Shown piece by piece: positions 34,071-47,695 of a stretch of DNA of 64,000 bases. This stretch comes from Trichosphaerium sp. ATCC 40318 (lineage: Eukaryota > Protista > Tubulinea): NCBI GenBank assembly GCA_038496445.1, contig JALMLS010000612.1, forward strand, positions 186,001 through 250,000. The letters run 5' to 3'. The number at the start of each line of letters is the position of its first letter. Position 1 is the first letter of the stretch. A program made the translations under genes and the position numbers. The notes below the pieces were generated by a model. It saw only the letters and a list, made by a program, of their open reading frames with translations, did not search any database and was not told the DNA's origin.

Positions 34071-36545
34071 TTACAAGGGTTCAGGGGTTGCTGAAAAAGC
34101 TGTTCTAAATCGCCCTGTCGATATAGAAAGAATGTCATAGAATTTTGATTTAGGGCAATTGAGCATAGTGTTGTGGTACGTAAGTACGAAGGTATCAGTG
34201 CTGCTTCGTAAGAAAGATACATCAAGTATAATACAAACCTGCCCTTGAGCAGGGTTGCACCTTATTGTGCGACCGTCTGTTGCACAAGGAATAATCAAAC
34301 ATTCACTTGAAACCAATGTATTAGTTTTCTTGTCTTTATAAAGATTGTTGACGTACTTTCTATCAGCTGGGTTCTGGTTCAAACACACAAACCTATCAGA
34401 TAGCGTTGTTCCTGGCGCAAACGACGGAAGCGGTGCCTCAGTGGGAGGTGCTCCCGTTGTTGGTGCGACAGGCTCTACAGTTGGTGAGTGTGTTGTTGGT
34501 GGAAGTGTGGGTGGGATTGTAGATGGTGATCTTGTGGTTGGTTGAATTGTAGTTGGTGTCTCAGTTACAGGTTGTGTAGTAGTGGGTACTATCGTTGGAG
34601 GTCGTGTTGTTGGTCGGCGTGTTGAAGGTGATATTGTTGTTGGTGGTTTTGTAGTAGGTGTTCTGGTTGTTGGTTGAGTAGTGGATGGGGGTATCGTGGT
34701 GGGTGATGCAGTTGGGGATCTAGTAGTGGGCGACTTTGTTGTTGGAGGAGGTGTTCTAGGAGGTAATGTTGTTGGTTGTCGTGTGGTGGGTGGTGCAGTG
34801 GTTGGGATTCTAGTCGTAGGTTGTACTGTCGTCGGTGGTATTGTGCTTGGAGGAATAGTGGTGGGTGATACCGTTGTTGGTTGTATTGTTGTTGGAGGAT
34901 ACGTTGTAGGAGCAGTTGTTGTGGGTGATTTTGTAGTGGGAGCAATAGTGGGTGGTAGAGTAGTAGGTAACTAGAAGTCAGTCAAAAGTTGCACCGCCAG
35001 AGGAATATCGGTACCATTGGTGGCGGTTCCTGGACTTCTATGAAAAACGGTGATACGTCTTTATCACATGACATTCTCGCACTACAACAAGATTCATGAG
35101 ATGGTTTTAAGTAAGGAATGTTTGGTTACCCTCGTGTTTCTGTAATTGATACACTTCTTGTTTGAGCAGGAGAGTCAACACTCTTGGAGAAGATATACAA
35201 TGGATCTGATTTTCCTGGATAATCTAGGTTTACCACTACCTTGCAGGAGACACTTGATCCAGGATCTAAAGAAACACGAGCTTGCGCTTCTTTAAAGGAA
35301 GAAAACCGCCAAACAATCTAAACGGATATTTTAGCCAATTTATGTCCTGTACTCCGTACTTACGTTTCCTGCGCCAGACAGTGCACATGAGAATCCTCGA
35401 GAATGTATTGTACCAATTCTTGGGCCTTTCAGTGGAAAAGAAATGTCAAGGGTTTCAACTCTCATTGGTAGTGATAGATAGTTGTCACAAGTAAATTGAA
35501 CTTCAATATTATCATCTAAAACAACTAATTAATACTTCGATGACAACCTACAAGAAATTACGCACTTGGCAACAAATTTTGAGGATCATTACCCATGTAG
35601 TTAACTGCGTGCCTATCATAAAAGTGAGAAAACCAACTCAACAATAGTTTGGATCTTTTTTCACCTGCAAAATACACTTGTTGTGCAACAAAATTCAGTC
35701 ATAGTTAAAGACCCACTACCAAATATTTTAAAGTGAAGACTAGTGACGCCATTGTAGTTACCAGCTAAGAAGCGTTAAGAGCGTAAAAAAAAAGTATGGT
35801 AAAATACGCACGTGACAAAGGAAGACAAAGGTCGATTTCAGACTCTGTATTAAAAGAAGACGCCATAGGTAGCTCTACTCTGGTCTCTTCACCACTACCG
35901 ATAATTGTAGTAAACGTCGTATCTAAATTCGTATGTGCTCCAAACCTACTAAATCTAGCGAACCAACAATCTAACCAAAAAGGTAAACACTAAACACTAA
36001 ACAAAAAAAAATCGGTATTTGGAAACAAATTCCTTAAAAACCAAACAAACAAACTACAGCAACATACCGCAAGCCCTCAGGTCTATATTCATTAAACCTG
36101 AATCTCCACCATCGTATTCTAAGCTACAAGATCCCAAAGTATGTTCAGGAGTATTCATTACAAAGATAGAGTCTTTGACATCACATGTCACCGAACCGTT
36201 GCCTAAAACATTTTGTCAACTTGTGAAGTCGTACAAATAGACTTGTACCTGACTCCCAACGCGCAGTCATATCACGAAACTTGCCCTCAATGCCTTGAAA
36301 ACACGTATTAGTCAAAACTAATTGTTCACACTCCAAGGCCTCCATTTTCTTCTTTAACCGCTCGTGAAGAACGCACCTTTATTATCATATGTTGTACGGA
36401 GCTGTGCTTCATCCGTTTCTTCCGCCAAAGCTAGTGCTCCTACTTCAAATGTATCAAACACCTTAGCACGTGCTCTATTAAGGCTAGAGATATAAAAGAA
36501 TGCGACACTGTATACTATCAGACTTATTACGCGCATCCTTAGCAT
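34071..36545 (-). CDS. Secreted mucin-like protein: N-terminal globular region, Pro/Thr-rich stalk, Cys-containing C-terminal domain
   Basis: Hydrophobic N-terminus; several small exons; long PTTxx-repeat exon continuing into ORF 34071-34388. Confidence 0.7.
34410..34972 (-). repeat. Degenerate ~15-bp coding repeat (PTTxx pentapeptides)
   Basis: Minus-strand reading LPTTLPPTIAPTTKSPTTTAPTTYPPTTIQPTTVSP... Confidence 0.9.
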
Positions 36546-36685
36546 ATGCTAACCTTTGTGTTTCTATCTTAAGTCAATATTTCACATTATTCAGCAAACA
36601 AAAAAAAACTAATTTCAACTCAAAACACAAGACATGATATCAGTTTTCTATTTTACATACAACATAGACTGTTGTTTCTTGTGTG

Positions 36686-37849
36686 TTATAAATACAACTC
36701 GGGTGTGATATTATTCCTTGCGGAGCCCCAAAAGAATCTCCGAACTATTTAACAGCGCACTATTGTATTATGTTAATGTTACGCTAACATATTGTATTAG
36801 GATACGTGCTGTTGACGACAACGTTTTTTTCGTTGTTTGAAAATGTCCACTGGCCAAGTATGAGATGGATATATGTTTATTATACATGAAGGCCAATACT
36901 TTAACATGCCGCTACCTCCAAATGCCTATAAGGAGAAATTATGACTCACAATACTAAACCCTATTTACGTACCACAAGAGAAGCCGTGGAGACCCGATAC
37001 CTCCGATGGAATTTAGTCAAAAATGTCACAAAAAATGGTGTACCACATTGACGGACACTTTGTAAGTGCTGCGCTGTCTATGGTTGTAAGAAACTCTCTT
37101 ATATTGCCACTATCTTCCCAATAGTGTCGTGGCAATGTAGAGAATTTTTCAGTCCTCCAGTCGTGATTTGAGTAAACGCTCATAACCGCACGTGACGGCG
37201 AACAATCAAACCTGTAAACAAAATAAGGATGATTAATAAAGTTAGGCGTACTCTTGGCGAAGCAATCCAGCACCTCCATGAGTGTTTATAGTTTGAGCCG
37301 TTACTTTGTACCAATCATCTAAATGCTTTACGCCAATTTCTTCTCCCAGAGCGTCGAAGTACGCAACACGATTTGATGTGTCAGCCCAAAAATTTTTTGG
37401 CACCATTTTAAACTTCCAAGGCTCCCATTGCTTCTGTGGGTAGAAACACTGTAGCATTGCTTGTAATGAGTTGTTGTGGCTGTAAAAAAAGTAAGGGAAC
37501 GAGCAATGCTTAATTTTAGCTACCGTTGTATCATGTTATGGCTTTTGTGCGATACTTGCTCATAAGTAACGTTATACCAGTCATTTAAACAGTTTATATT
37601 TAATTGAGCGCCAAGCTTCTCCAGAAGCCGCTCGTTACTTCTTGAGAGCGTATTATGAGCTTTCCTGCTCGTCTTCAGTAGCGCTTGAGCCATTGCGTGC
37701 GAGGCGCTAATAAAATCGCTACCAATGAGTTTACGTTGCTTTTTAGATATCGTAGGTTGCAATTCGGCGTTTACTATTTGTAGAAAACTGTTGAACAACG
37801 AATTTGTACCATAGAGTGTTTTTTTCTGTACAAATACGCTTCTTGTCAT
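36686..37849 (-). CDS. Protein with W-rich ~70-aa repeats (LDDWYKV...HGG...WKF..VP.NFW), possibly organelle-targeted
   Basis: LNDWYNVT, WEPWKFKMVPKNFW, LDDWYKVT..HGGAGLL, KFSTLPRHYW; 3' end approximate. Confidence 0.7.
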
Positions 37850-37996
37850 TATCTCGTTCCTGTGATCTAGCAACTAGTACAAAAAGGTGTTGGAAACAAT
37901 TACATTCGACCTGACGTGTCACAATGCGCGCATTGAAAAGGAGCTTACGTGCAAAGCGTTCGACGCCTAGTAATTCAACGTTCCTGACAAGGTACA

Positions 37997-38849
37997 ATGT
38001 TTTATTTATTGAGAGTAACTGGAACTGACGTGGTGGATAGAGTTGTACTATTTATCATGGTAGGCGCTTTGTTTACTTATTCAGCTGTTACGTGGTTTGC
38101 TTTATTGTCTTCAAACACCACCAATAGAATAGCGAGGGTATGTCCACGCGTCAACAAGCACTTATACGCATTAGCTGGATCAACGCGTGGAGCCACTCAA
38201 ATTCTGTGCCCCTCGTGTTCAGAAATACGTAAAAGAAACGGATTTCACTAAAATACAGTGCCCAGATAAGGTATGGGAGTGGGACGAAATAAAGAAGCAT
38301 GATTGCAAGGATGATCAGGTAGAAAGAATCTGTCCACCCAAAGAACCTTCAATAAACACCTAGTTAGGGTGTCCACCAATATGACGCATGGCTAGTTATC
38401 TCGCACAACGTCTATAATCTCAGCCGGTTTTTACCTTCCCATCCTGGTACGCTAGACTTCCAAACGCCATCTGCTAACAAATTATAGGTGGAGACGTGCT
38501 TTGCGAAGCGTATGTCACGCGGAAATTTACCATGGCAACTTTTTAACACTAAATATAGGACTCGTACAGATGCTACTAGAGTGTATAAGAATTTGCATGC
38601 AACATGCGTGTATGTTTGTTTTCTTCAGAAAAAACAATGAAAACAGCTAATTCTTTTTGCTATTTTAGGAATTATTTGTTACCACAATTTTGTATTGGTC
38701 ACGTGAAGGATCTCAGCGGCTCAGAAGAGGTATGATTAATTTTAATTTATGAGTACTTATAGCGTTAAAAGGTTGAGTACTCTCATTTGGCTCAACACTC
38801 ACTACTAGATGACGTACATGGAGAGCACAGTCATGGCCACAATCATTGA
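37997..38849 (+). CDS. Cytochrome b5-like haem-binding domain protein with N-terminal TM and His-rich tail
   Basis: WDEIKKHDCKDD, AWLVISHNVYNLSRFLPSHP|GGDVL (HPGG); tail HGEHSHGHNH*. Confidence 0.75.
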
Positions 38850-39219
38850 TAATTTTTTAACGGTTTGTATCAAGCCACAACATTCCTTTTAAAACGTCTG
38901 AGCATTTTCTTTCATCATAGAGAAGTCATACGTATACTTTCATAATTGTACAATAAAGTTTCGGCTGAGCTTGCAAAAAGTTTTATTAATTTTAATAAAG
39001 CAAGTCGATTGAATCGTAGGTCTGAGAAAACTCTGCAAGTGTGCCTGGTATGACCACACTGCCACAAAGAGGACAGAATACGGGCGATTTGACAAAGTTA
39101 ATTGATGTACGGTGACTTGCAACAGTTTTTTGTGTAAAGGTCAAAATAGAGAACAAAACTACAACCGGAAGCCAAAGAATTGGCTGATTCGAAGGTTCTC
39201 CCAAGCAAAGCGCTGCACA

Positions 39220-42200
39220 ATGTGGTTTCGGTATAATTGTTGATATTAATTATCTCTTACTCTCTGTAGATCTTACAGCAGCTCAAAAAGCAAAACAAAA
39301 CAACCCATCCTCTTTTCAAAGTATTATCGCGCGTTTTAGCTCACCAACAATACTGGGCTCGCAATGTTGTACACATACAGCGAGCGTCTACCTTTGATTC
39401 TGCCAAGGTAAATTGTAATTTTGTTAACTACGTGTTTACCCTTTATAGCAAGGACCTATGAGCGCAAAACAGTTTGCTGAGTTACAGGGGCAATTATCTG
39501 TTCATAAGAGCATAATTCAGAAAACTCAGCCGCGAACTTCAGCGTTAAAGGCAGCAGGACTAAACGACCGTCAATTAGATCGCGCACTGGGTGTAAGTTA
39601 CATTAAACACCTCTAACTCTTCTCACCAGTGTACTTTTAGTTAACATCAAACGTTCTATTAAACAGGTAACAAAACTACCCTTAAACGCGCTAACGCTTT
39701 AATAGTCTCAAACAGCCAATTTCGGTTGATTGCTCAATTCTAGAAAATGACAGGCGAAAACGCGCTCAATCCAAGCTACAAATACTCAAAAAGAGGTTAC
39801 AAGGTGTGTAAAACACATGGCTTGTTTTTATTTGAACCTAACTTTATCTCTAAGCGAAATTACAAACAAAGGCAGTAAATGGTCAACAGCGCCTTTCAAC
39901 ACGCGTTAAGCTAAAGGTACAAAGGGGCAAAAACACGTAGGCTCTTGTTAACGAGATTTTAGACATTGGACATGCTTGAGAAACAAAGACAGTTGCGTAC
40001 ATCAATAGCTGGTTCAATGGACGAAAAATTCCGCATGTTAGCACTTTCAGACGGACAGGTTTACTCTGCTCTGCGACAGGTTCGTGTTTTTTGGTTTATT
40101 TGATGTTGGCTTGTTAATGGTGGTTCTAGGGCGAGCTTCCTTATAACACATTTGTTGGTAATGATATGAAAAATAGAGAAGTAGCGAAGAAGCAAAAAGT
40201 TTTTGTTTCTGTTGTATCTATGGCACGTGCAGAGTTTGCAAAAAATCTTGAAGCAAGGAGACTATGGCGTCGTCGTCTTTGTGTTGATCTTAAGAAATAC
40301 TATGCAAATTTGGAAAGAGAGAGGAAAAAGCGTGAAGAGCGTAATAAGTATGTTTTACAAAGCATTATTTTTTATGATGGTTTCTAACCTTTTTTAGGCG
40401 ACAACGTTTGGTTGCTCTTAAAAAGAATGATATTAAAGCTTACGAGAAGTTTATTCGTCAGTCTAAAGATACAAGATTGAAGGTTATTTTAGATAAGACT
40501 GATGAGTATTTGCAGTATGTTAGTAAGAAACTAAACCAAAACTCGCAAGGTGGCGATGAAAAGAATGTGCGTTGATTTTTTTTTCTTTGATTTTTTTATA
40601 AAACCTCCAAAAACTGAGTAAGCATAATGAGTATACTTACATCAAGCTTCGCTGAAATATAATTTTTTCTTTATTTATTTAGAGTTGGGAAATTAGTTCA
40701 ATTTTTGCGTCGTGTTACACATTGTGACACTTGACTTGACATTTTTCTCATTTTTTTCAGCGTCGAAGAATGGATGATTCTGAGAAGGGTAAACATTATT
40801 ATTCAAGTGCGCATGCTGTAAAGGAAGATGTTGTACAACCAGCTTCTTTAACTGGAACATTAAGGGATTACCAAGTATGTCGTGATTCTTGCAGTATTAT
40901 GGTTAAGTGATTTTAAAATTTTTTTAGTTGGAAGGTCTTCAATGGCTTGTCTCTCTATATAATAATAAAATTGGTGGTATCTTAGCTGATGAGATGGGTT
41001 TGGGAAAAACAGTCCAAACTATTGCATTTATTTCATACCTCATTGATATAAAGCAAGAACCAGGTCCATATTTCGTTGCTGTTCCAAAATCGTACGCGTT
41101 TTCCTACAAACTAATTTATTTTCGCTTTGTGTTTCTTTACTGAATTCTGACTTGAATATTAGTGTTGTTCCTAATTGGATAAACGAGTTTAAAAAGTGGG
41201 CGCCTCATATTTCGGTAAGGCTATTTCGTCTTATTGAACCCTTTTCTCAACTCACTGTCGTATAGGTAATCACTTATGATGGAACCAAAGAACAACGTAG
41301 CACTACTTGGAGACGACAAATGTCTTCTAGAAATTTCAATGTTGTAGTGACAACCTACACGTGAGTGCTGATACCTAAATGATTACACGTGGTTTTAAGG
41401 AAGTCTAATTTTTTTTTGAATAGGTATTGTCTTAAAGAGCGTTCTAAGCTTGCAAAGTTCCGTTATGAAGTCATTATTATTGATGAAGGTCATCGTATTA
41501 AAAACAAACAATCGAAGTTATCGCAGATTCTTCGGAAATATTATAAATCCAGTTCTAGATTGCTACTTACTGGTACACCACTTCAGGTACTATTTCGAAA
41601 AGTTTTTTTTTTGAAGAACAAAGAACTGACCTCCTGGTTTTTTGTTGTAGAATGATTTGGAGGAGTTGTGGAGTTTATTGAATTTCCTGTTACCAGATGT
41701 CTTTAATTCAGGAACAACGTTCCAACAATGGTTCAATGCGCCATTTTCTGGTCAACCTGAGGATATCGAGCTCAAAACTGAAGAACAGCTTCTTATTATT
41801 AATAGGCTTCATCGTGTACGTCTTTGCCAGGCTATTGATAGCACTAAACCCCTGTCTAGGTACTTAGACCATTCCTTTTGAGAAGAGAAAAACGTGATGT
41901 TGAAGTACAACTCAAAGACAAACAGTACGTTAAAATAAAATATTTCTTTTTGTTTATGATTTCTCACCTGATGATTTAGGGAGAGTATTCTACATTGTGA
42001 TCTCTCTGGTTTACAAAGGGTAATGTACAAGGCTATGGTAAAAAGTGGTGTTATTTTATGTAACCCAGATTCAGAGTACGTTTCTTTTTTGGATTTGGGC
42101 TAGAATAGCTTTTCTTGTGTTTTTCTTTGGTTTTGTATTTTTAGACCAAATCACTTTCAAAAATCTCGCTTCTACAATTGGATACGGCCATACAACCATG

Positions 42201-43962
42201 AAAACTCCGTGTCTCTTTCCGAACCGCGAAGATAAGCATGGTATGGCCCTGCCAGTACTTGGGTCCGTGAGGACCAGGGAACGTAGGGTGCTGTATTCAT
42301 TTTGCTTTTTTTTTATTACAGTACCTTCTGCTGTGCAGTTCTTCGCTTACGGTTGTCGTAGCTCTGTGCGGAGGGCTAGAACAAAGGCTTTTAAGAATAG
42401 GCTTATGCAACTTCGTAAGATTTGTAATCATCCTTTCTTGTATCCAACTGTTGAACGCGAATTTGGCACTGACGTTGATGGTCTAATACGCACTTCTGGA
42501 AAGATGCAAATGCTTGATCGTATATTACCTAAACTACGTAAAGCAGGTCATAAGGTATGTGGGAAACAATGAGTGCTTGATACTAACATTTCGGTTTTTA
42601 GTTGCTTATCTTCAGTCAATTTACAACTAGTATGGATCTAATGGAACGCTACTTTGCGATGCAAGGATATGGCGAACTAGTACTACGTTTAGATGGATCT
42701 ACTGCTGGTGAAGTACGTTTGAACTTAACCTTACTCTCATTGCGCTATATTAGCGGTAGAGGGAGTGCGTATCGTATTTGTCTAATCAATTTTCTTTTAT
42801 TAGATTCGTGCAGAACACGTTGAGAAATGGAATGCTCCTGACTCTAAGTACTGGGTTTTTATTCTCTCTACGAAAGCTGGTGGTATGGGTCTTAATCTAC
42901 AAGCAGCAGATACTGTTATATTATATGACTCTGACTGGTACGTTTGTTGATAGTTGGCGTTTTCGCTGTTTTTTTTCTTCTCAAAAAACAAAGTTTAAGG
43001 ATTTTTTGTTTAGGAATCCACAGAATGATCTCCAAGCTATTGATAGATGTCATCGTATTGGACAGGAGGCTCAAGTACGTATAGGTTTACTTATAAATGC
43101 ACTTGATGTTTTGTTGTTCTGATAGTTTTTTAAGGTATGCGTGTTCAGGTTTGTTTGTCATTCTACTATCGAAGAGAAGATTCTAGAACGCGCCAAACAG
43201 AAGCTCAATATTGACTCTAAAGTCATTGGTGCAGGCCAATTTAATAATAAATCTACTGCTTCTGAACGTCAGGAAATTCTCGTACGTAGCAATTAGCAGA
43301 AGCCTTTTGGCCAACATGTTAATTTTTTTCTTTATTTTTTGTGTTCTGATTGGTTTGTTTTTAGGAGTATCTCTTGTTGGATACTGAGGATGATATCAAA
43401 GAGACTGGAAGAATATCTGATAAAGAGTTAAATAAAATCATTGCTAGAAGTGATGATGAACTTGCTAATTATGAGAGGATGGATAAAGATGAACCAAGAG
43501 CTGTTCAAGATCTCATTGTACGCTCATGAAAAATCTATTTACAGTTAACATCAGCGTTGTTGACAACATTTACATACCAAAAACTACTAGGCTTGCCTTT
43601 TACAGGTCATTGTCGTGCACTTTGGCATCCGTTTATTTTTTTTTCTCAAAATATTCTTGGTGTAAAACTAATGCTGGTATTTTATTTAGACTGAGACAGA
43701 GTTACCAGAGTGGATGCTTGTTGATCCTAAAGAGGCTATTGAACAGAATTATGCTAACTTGGGACGTGGACATCGTAAACGGAAACAAATCAATTACTCT
43801 GAAGTTGAGAAGGAATTATATGGTGGCGTTGAGGAAGGTGATGAGCCTCATGCTAAGCGTCAACGTATTAGTACTTTGGGTTCTGTTCAAGATGATTATG
43901 ATGACGGTGAGGATTTAGAAGATGCTTTTGAAGCAAATGATGATGGTGATTATCAAGGATGA
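39220..43962 (+). CDS. SNF2-family (Snf2/Brahma/SMARCA2-4-like) chromatin-remodelling ATPase
   Basis: QLQ-like QFAELQGQL; [13 protein letters not shown]; [79 protein letters not shown]; start approximate. Confidence 0.95.
42180..42298 (+). rRNA. 5S rRNA: 5S rRNA gene nested in an intron of the SNF2 gene
   Basis: 119 nt GGATACGGCCATAC...CCGAACCGCGAAGATAAGC...AGTACTTGGGTCCGTGAGGACCAGGGAA..GGTGCTGTATTC; 5'/3' ends pair (helix I); followed by T-runs (Pol III terminator). Confidence 0.93.
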
Positions 43963-44329
43963 TCTCTTTTTTTGTGGCTTATTTGTAAGAGTAGAACAAA
44001 AAATAAAAACCTACTTTGCCCTATTCCTATGGTTGGTTTTTCACAAAATTTGATACATGTGGACAAGTTGTTCCTTTTCTACAGTTTACAAGACGTTATC
44101 ACCTGTACAACCGTTAAAAGTCTTGGCTATGGAGTACTCATGATGAATTTGTGTTGTTAAAAAAGTATTGCTAATAATTTGGTTGTTTGACTTGCCAAAA
44201 CTGTTTACCTTTGTGGCTACAAACTTTACATCACGAGTGATTTTAGAATAGCTTTTAATATTTGTTTTTGTAAGTTTTTTTACAATGTGGTGGCGGCTTG
44301 TAGGTACTTTTGTGGACAATCTAAGAACT

Positions 44330-45870
44330 TCAAAGCGTCTCTAAGAATTTATGGTATTCTTCAATTACTCTCTTTGGTGATTCAGCTTGTGGGTAGTGAC
44401 CAATATTATCTTTGAGTATTACAACAGATGCGTCAGGACACTCTTTCGAAAACCTTAATATAAATCAGTTAAGCCTTACAATAAATATCCAAGTACCTCT
44501 CAGCAGCATGACGTCCACTTACAGGGTCTAGTGGACCATTAATGAGAATAGTTTTGAGCTTGTTTTTCCTCAAGGCGTTGACCTAGTTCACAAGATGTTA
44601 ATTGTTTGCGTACATTAGTATTTTGTTTGGTCTGTACCCATCTGTCCTTGTGATCAGTGCGATCGTTCATGTATTTAATAAGTTTATTGTATATTTTACT
44701 CCCTTGATTGTGGTTTACAAGTGACCAATAATCCATGATATCTTCCTGTTCATCAAAATCTCCATCATGCCCAATGATTTTTAGGAAATTTGTTTTAAAA
44801 ACAGAATAACTAATAAAGCTCGATACAATAGGTCCTACGATCAAATTCATTAGATACACGTATTAAAACAAGTTCAGGCGTAGGTATTTTGAGTCACAAT
44901 AAATCTATTTATAACAAGCAGGTAGCACGAACTTGACTGATTTGGATAAAAAAACTGTAACAAATTCAAAGAATATCTGTTGTACCTGTGTATGGGTTTA
45001 ATAACAATCGTTGTATCATAATTGGTCTATGTTCCCCGGGAAAAACAGCTCCGTTCAATAAACAAACAGACTGGTATGTAACACCTTGTACACAAATTTA
45101 CAGTTAATGAGCAGGATTCTCGTTATTTCTTGACATGAATTTTTACCTGAGTTTTCGTTCGAATCCGTCTGCCTTTCTTGGTAACGTGCTAATAGCTCTT
45201 GGAAGACAGTATCACCAACATCGTGTGCTAATATATGAGTATGCTCAATGCCTAAAGAAGTTACATTGTCACTTTATTATCACGTGATTGATTGCTAGCG
45301 ATATCAAAAGACAACTTTTTTTCTTCGTTTTTTTTTGTTTACCCAAGTGTTTTAGAAGGTCCTCTACCATTGTTGCTTGGTAATGTAGAGTGTAGTTAAA
45401 AGAAACTGGTTTATCTGACAATCTAAAAAAGACCAATAAGTCAGCGTGAACAGTTTTTGGTTGCTTTTACCCATAACCCAAGAAATCAACGGCGACAATA
45501 CGAGAAAACCTGCAAACAAACTTTATTACAACGCATCAAAGGGAAATACTTACTTGCTAGTTAATCCCGGCCATATTTTCTTAAAATCGTATGAGGACGT
45601 CGGAAAACCATGTAAAAGCAGTAAATTACGCGATTTAACGCTCCTTGAGGAGTATTAGTCAAATTACACTTATAATCAACTTTACTCTTTGTGAGAGGTT
45701 TTCTCATCGACATAGAACACTCCATGATTGTCATGCACATAGTATCTACCCTTAGCTCGCCATTCTTGTACGCCTGGAGGTAAATCGAATGTACTGCCAT
45801 TAAAACGCGTATAAAGCAGATACGCTGTTATAGCTAAAGATATCACTAGAAGCTCTCGTTGCCAGTTCAT
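44330..45870 (-). CDS. Alpha/beta hydrolase, MEST/epoxide-hydrolase-like, with N-terminal anchor
   Basis: LLLLHGFPTSSYDF, DFLG, SDKP, HILAHDVGDTV, CLLNG, GPLDPVSG, IGHYPQAESP. Confidence 0.88.
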
Positions 45871-46310
45871 TGTAAGTGTTCAGTTTTATCTCTGAATGCG
45901 GGTAAACCTTATTCCGTTGAAACTTCCAAAAAAAAAGCAGTTGGCGAAACTATTGCCCTGTGTTCGGACATAACCTTTGATAGTGTTGGCTAGCATTGGA
46001 CCTGTTAATATCTTCTAAAGGCTCATATCTACACTATTTGCCTCGCAGGTAGGCACCTGGTACACAGTTTAAACCTTTTGCTGTTACCCTACTCTATCAC
46101 AATGTACTACTTATGCTAACATCTTGTATCATTTATACGGAAGTATAGCTTACACCTATGCCAAAAGGTGGTCAATACCACTTCCCTACATTGATCCTCA
46201 AATAAAGGCGAAATAAGAAGTACTCAATCTTTATTGTTAACATGACAATCGGTGCAAAGCCAGCTGACTTAATTTCAATTTATTAAGTCACTTTGTCACA
46301 AACAACCACA

Positions 46311-47581
46311 ATGGAAACAGTAGTACAAGAAACGGACAAAGGAGTCCACTCAGGTGTGTAAACAGTAGAAAAATAAAATAGTTCGTTATGAGCCAACCGC
46401 TAGTGTGAAGGCTAAAACACACACTCTAGCTTCAGAGGAAAGAGGAAATGGCGCCAATAAACAGGAGTCAAACCCTGACAATAACGACGAAGATAGCTCG
46501 TCAACTTACAGTGGAACGATGTAATCCAAAAATCACGTGATTTTAACTTGGCGTTTGTGCACTAACGGTTTTTAGCGGAGAAGACACAGTCTCGTTTGTA
46601 GGTTACGAAAGCGATCTACCGCAAAGACTAATAGATGCAAACATACCCGACTTGGCAAAAAAACCAGCAAAGGTATCAACTCAATCCTCCTAAATCGTGA
46701 CCTTTTTGTTGTAAAAAATCGTTTGTGATCTCACTCGTTTTAGTCAGTAAGTACAGAATCTATTTGTCTCTTTGGCGTCAGTTTGGAAGCTAAAGTGTAT
46801 GTAAAAGAATGTAATTCAATAAGGGGGAATATAACTATTGCGTATGTGACTTACGAAAATAAATGTTAAAAAAAAGCTATTTACACCTGTTCAGAAAAAT
46901 GAACATGGACCACACCAAGAAGCCATTGACATATGAAGCTAAGGATCGCGACAGTATCTACGATTTTCTTTACTGCTTGGGAGGAAGGTTTCATTTGGTA
47001 AGGCTGCGAATGCATGAACTCCATGGAAGGAAAGGCAAACTATGCCAGAGGAAGTTTGATAAAAAGATCTTTTCCAAAGGAAATGTACGTTGTTTTTGAT
47101 TCGTATACAAAGTCACGTGACTTCACTTGTTGTTCTAAACCTAATTTTAACCTACTAGGCAATTATATCCTTTGAGTTTCCATTTAATGAGCTCCACATT
47201 CTACCACAAACAAAACTGTTTTCTGATTGTTTCAAATTCAATCTTGAAGAGAGAAATACAGTTTGGGGATTGTGGTCACCCAAATCTTCTCGTGAGCAGT
47301 TGATGGATATAGAAGAAGAACCAGTTGCACCAGAGAAAACACTAGTTACTCCTTCAGATCCTCGAAGTGTAGTTTCTTACGCAGACATCGATGCTTCTGC
47401 AGAAACAAGCGCAAAAAGTCCTATACTGCAAAGCACTTCTCCAGTGCGTGCCAGAAGCCGTTCTGGGTCTCCGCCAAATCAGCCAACCACTATCGCCCCA
47501 AAACCCAATAATGACACACAGCAGACAGCTACACGACCAAAGAAAAAAAGAAAAAAGGGTAGGAAAGCTGGGTCGCTGTAG
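46311..47581 (+). CDS. Uncharacterised protein with a low-complexity, basic NLS-like C-terminus
   Basis: Multi-exon ORF from METVVQETDK to RPKKKRKKGRKAGSL* with GT-AG introns. Confidence 0.6.
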
Positions 47582-47695
47582 TAAAGACGAATGTAATACT
47601 CAATAATTATTTTACTCTGAATCTTGGCCCCACTTAATATCGCCAACAAATACGGACTTCTCAATTTCGTAGCTATGAGTATGCTCTTGTCAAAG

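Noticed and set aside
34345-34974. Plus-strand Val/Gly-rich ORFs and a Gln/His-rich minus-frame ORF
   Set aside because: Shadow frames of the Pro/Thr repeat exon
42045-42572. 175-aa ORF with an apparent hydrophobic N-terminus
   Set aside because: Read-through of the 5S-containing intron into a SNF2 exon; not a separate gene
43585-43640. GCCTTTTAC (U5 snRNA loop-1 sequence) in a SNF2 intron
   Set aside because: The flanking stem is weak and I see no convincing Sm site or 3' hairpin; probably chance (cmscan with RF00020 would settle it)
45880-46300. Intergenic stretch checked for tRNA/snRNA
   Set aside because: No cloverleaf, A/B boxes or snRNA signature recognised
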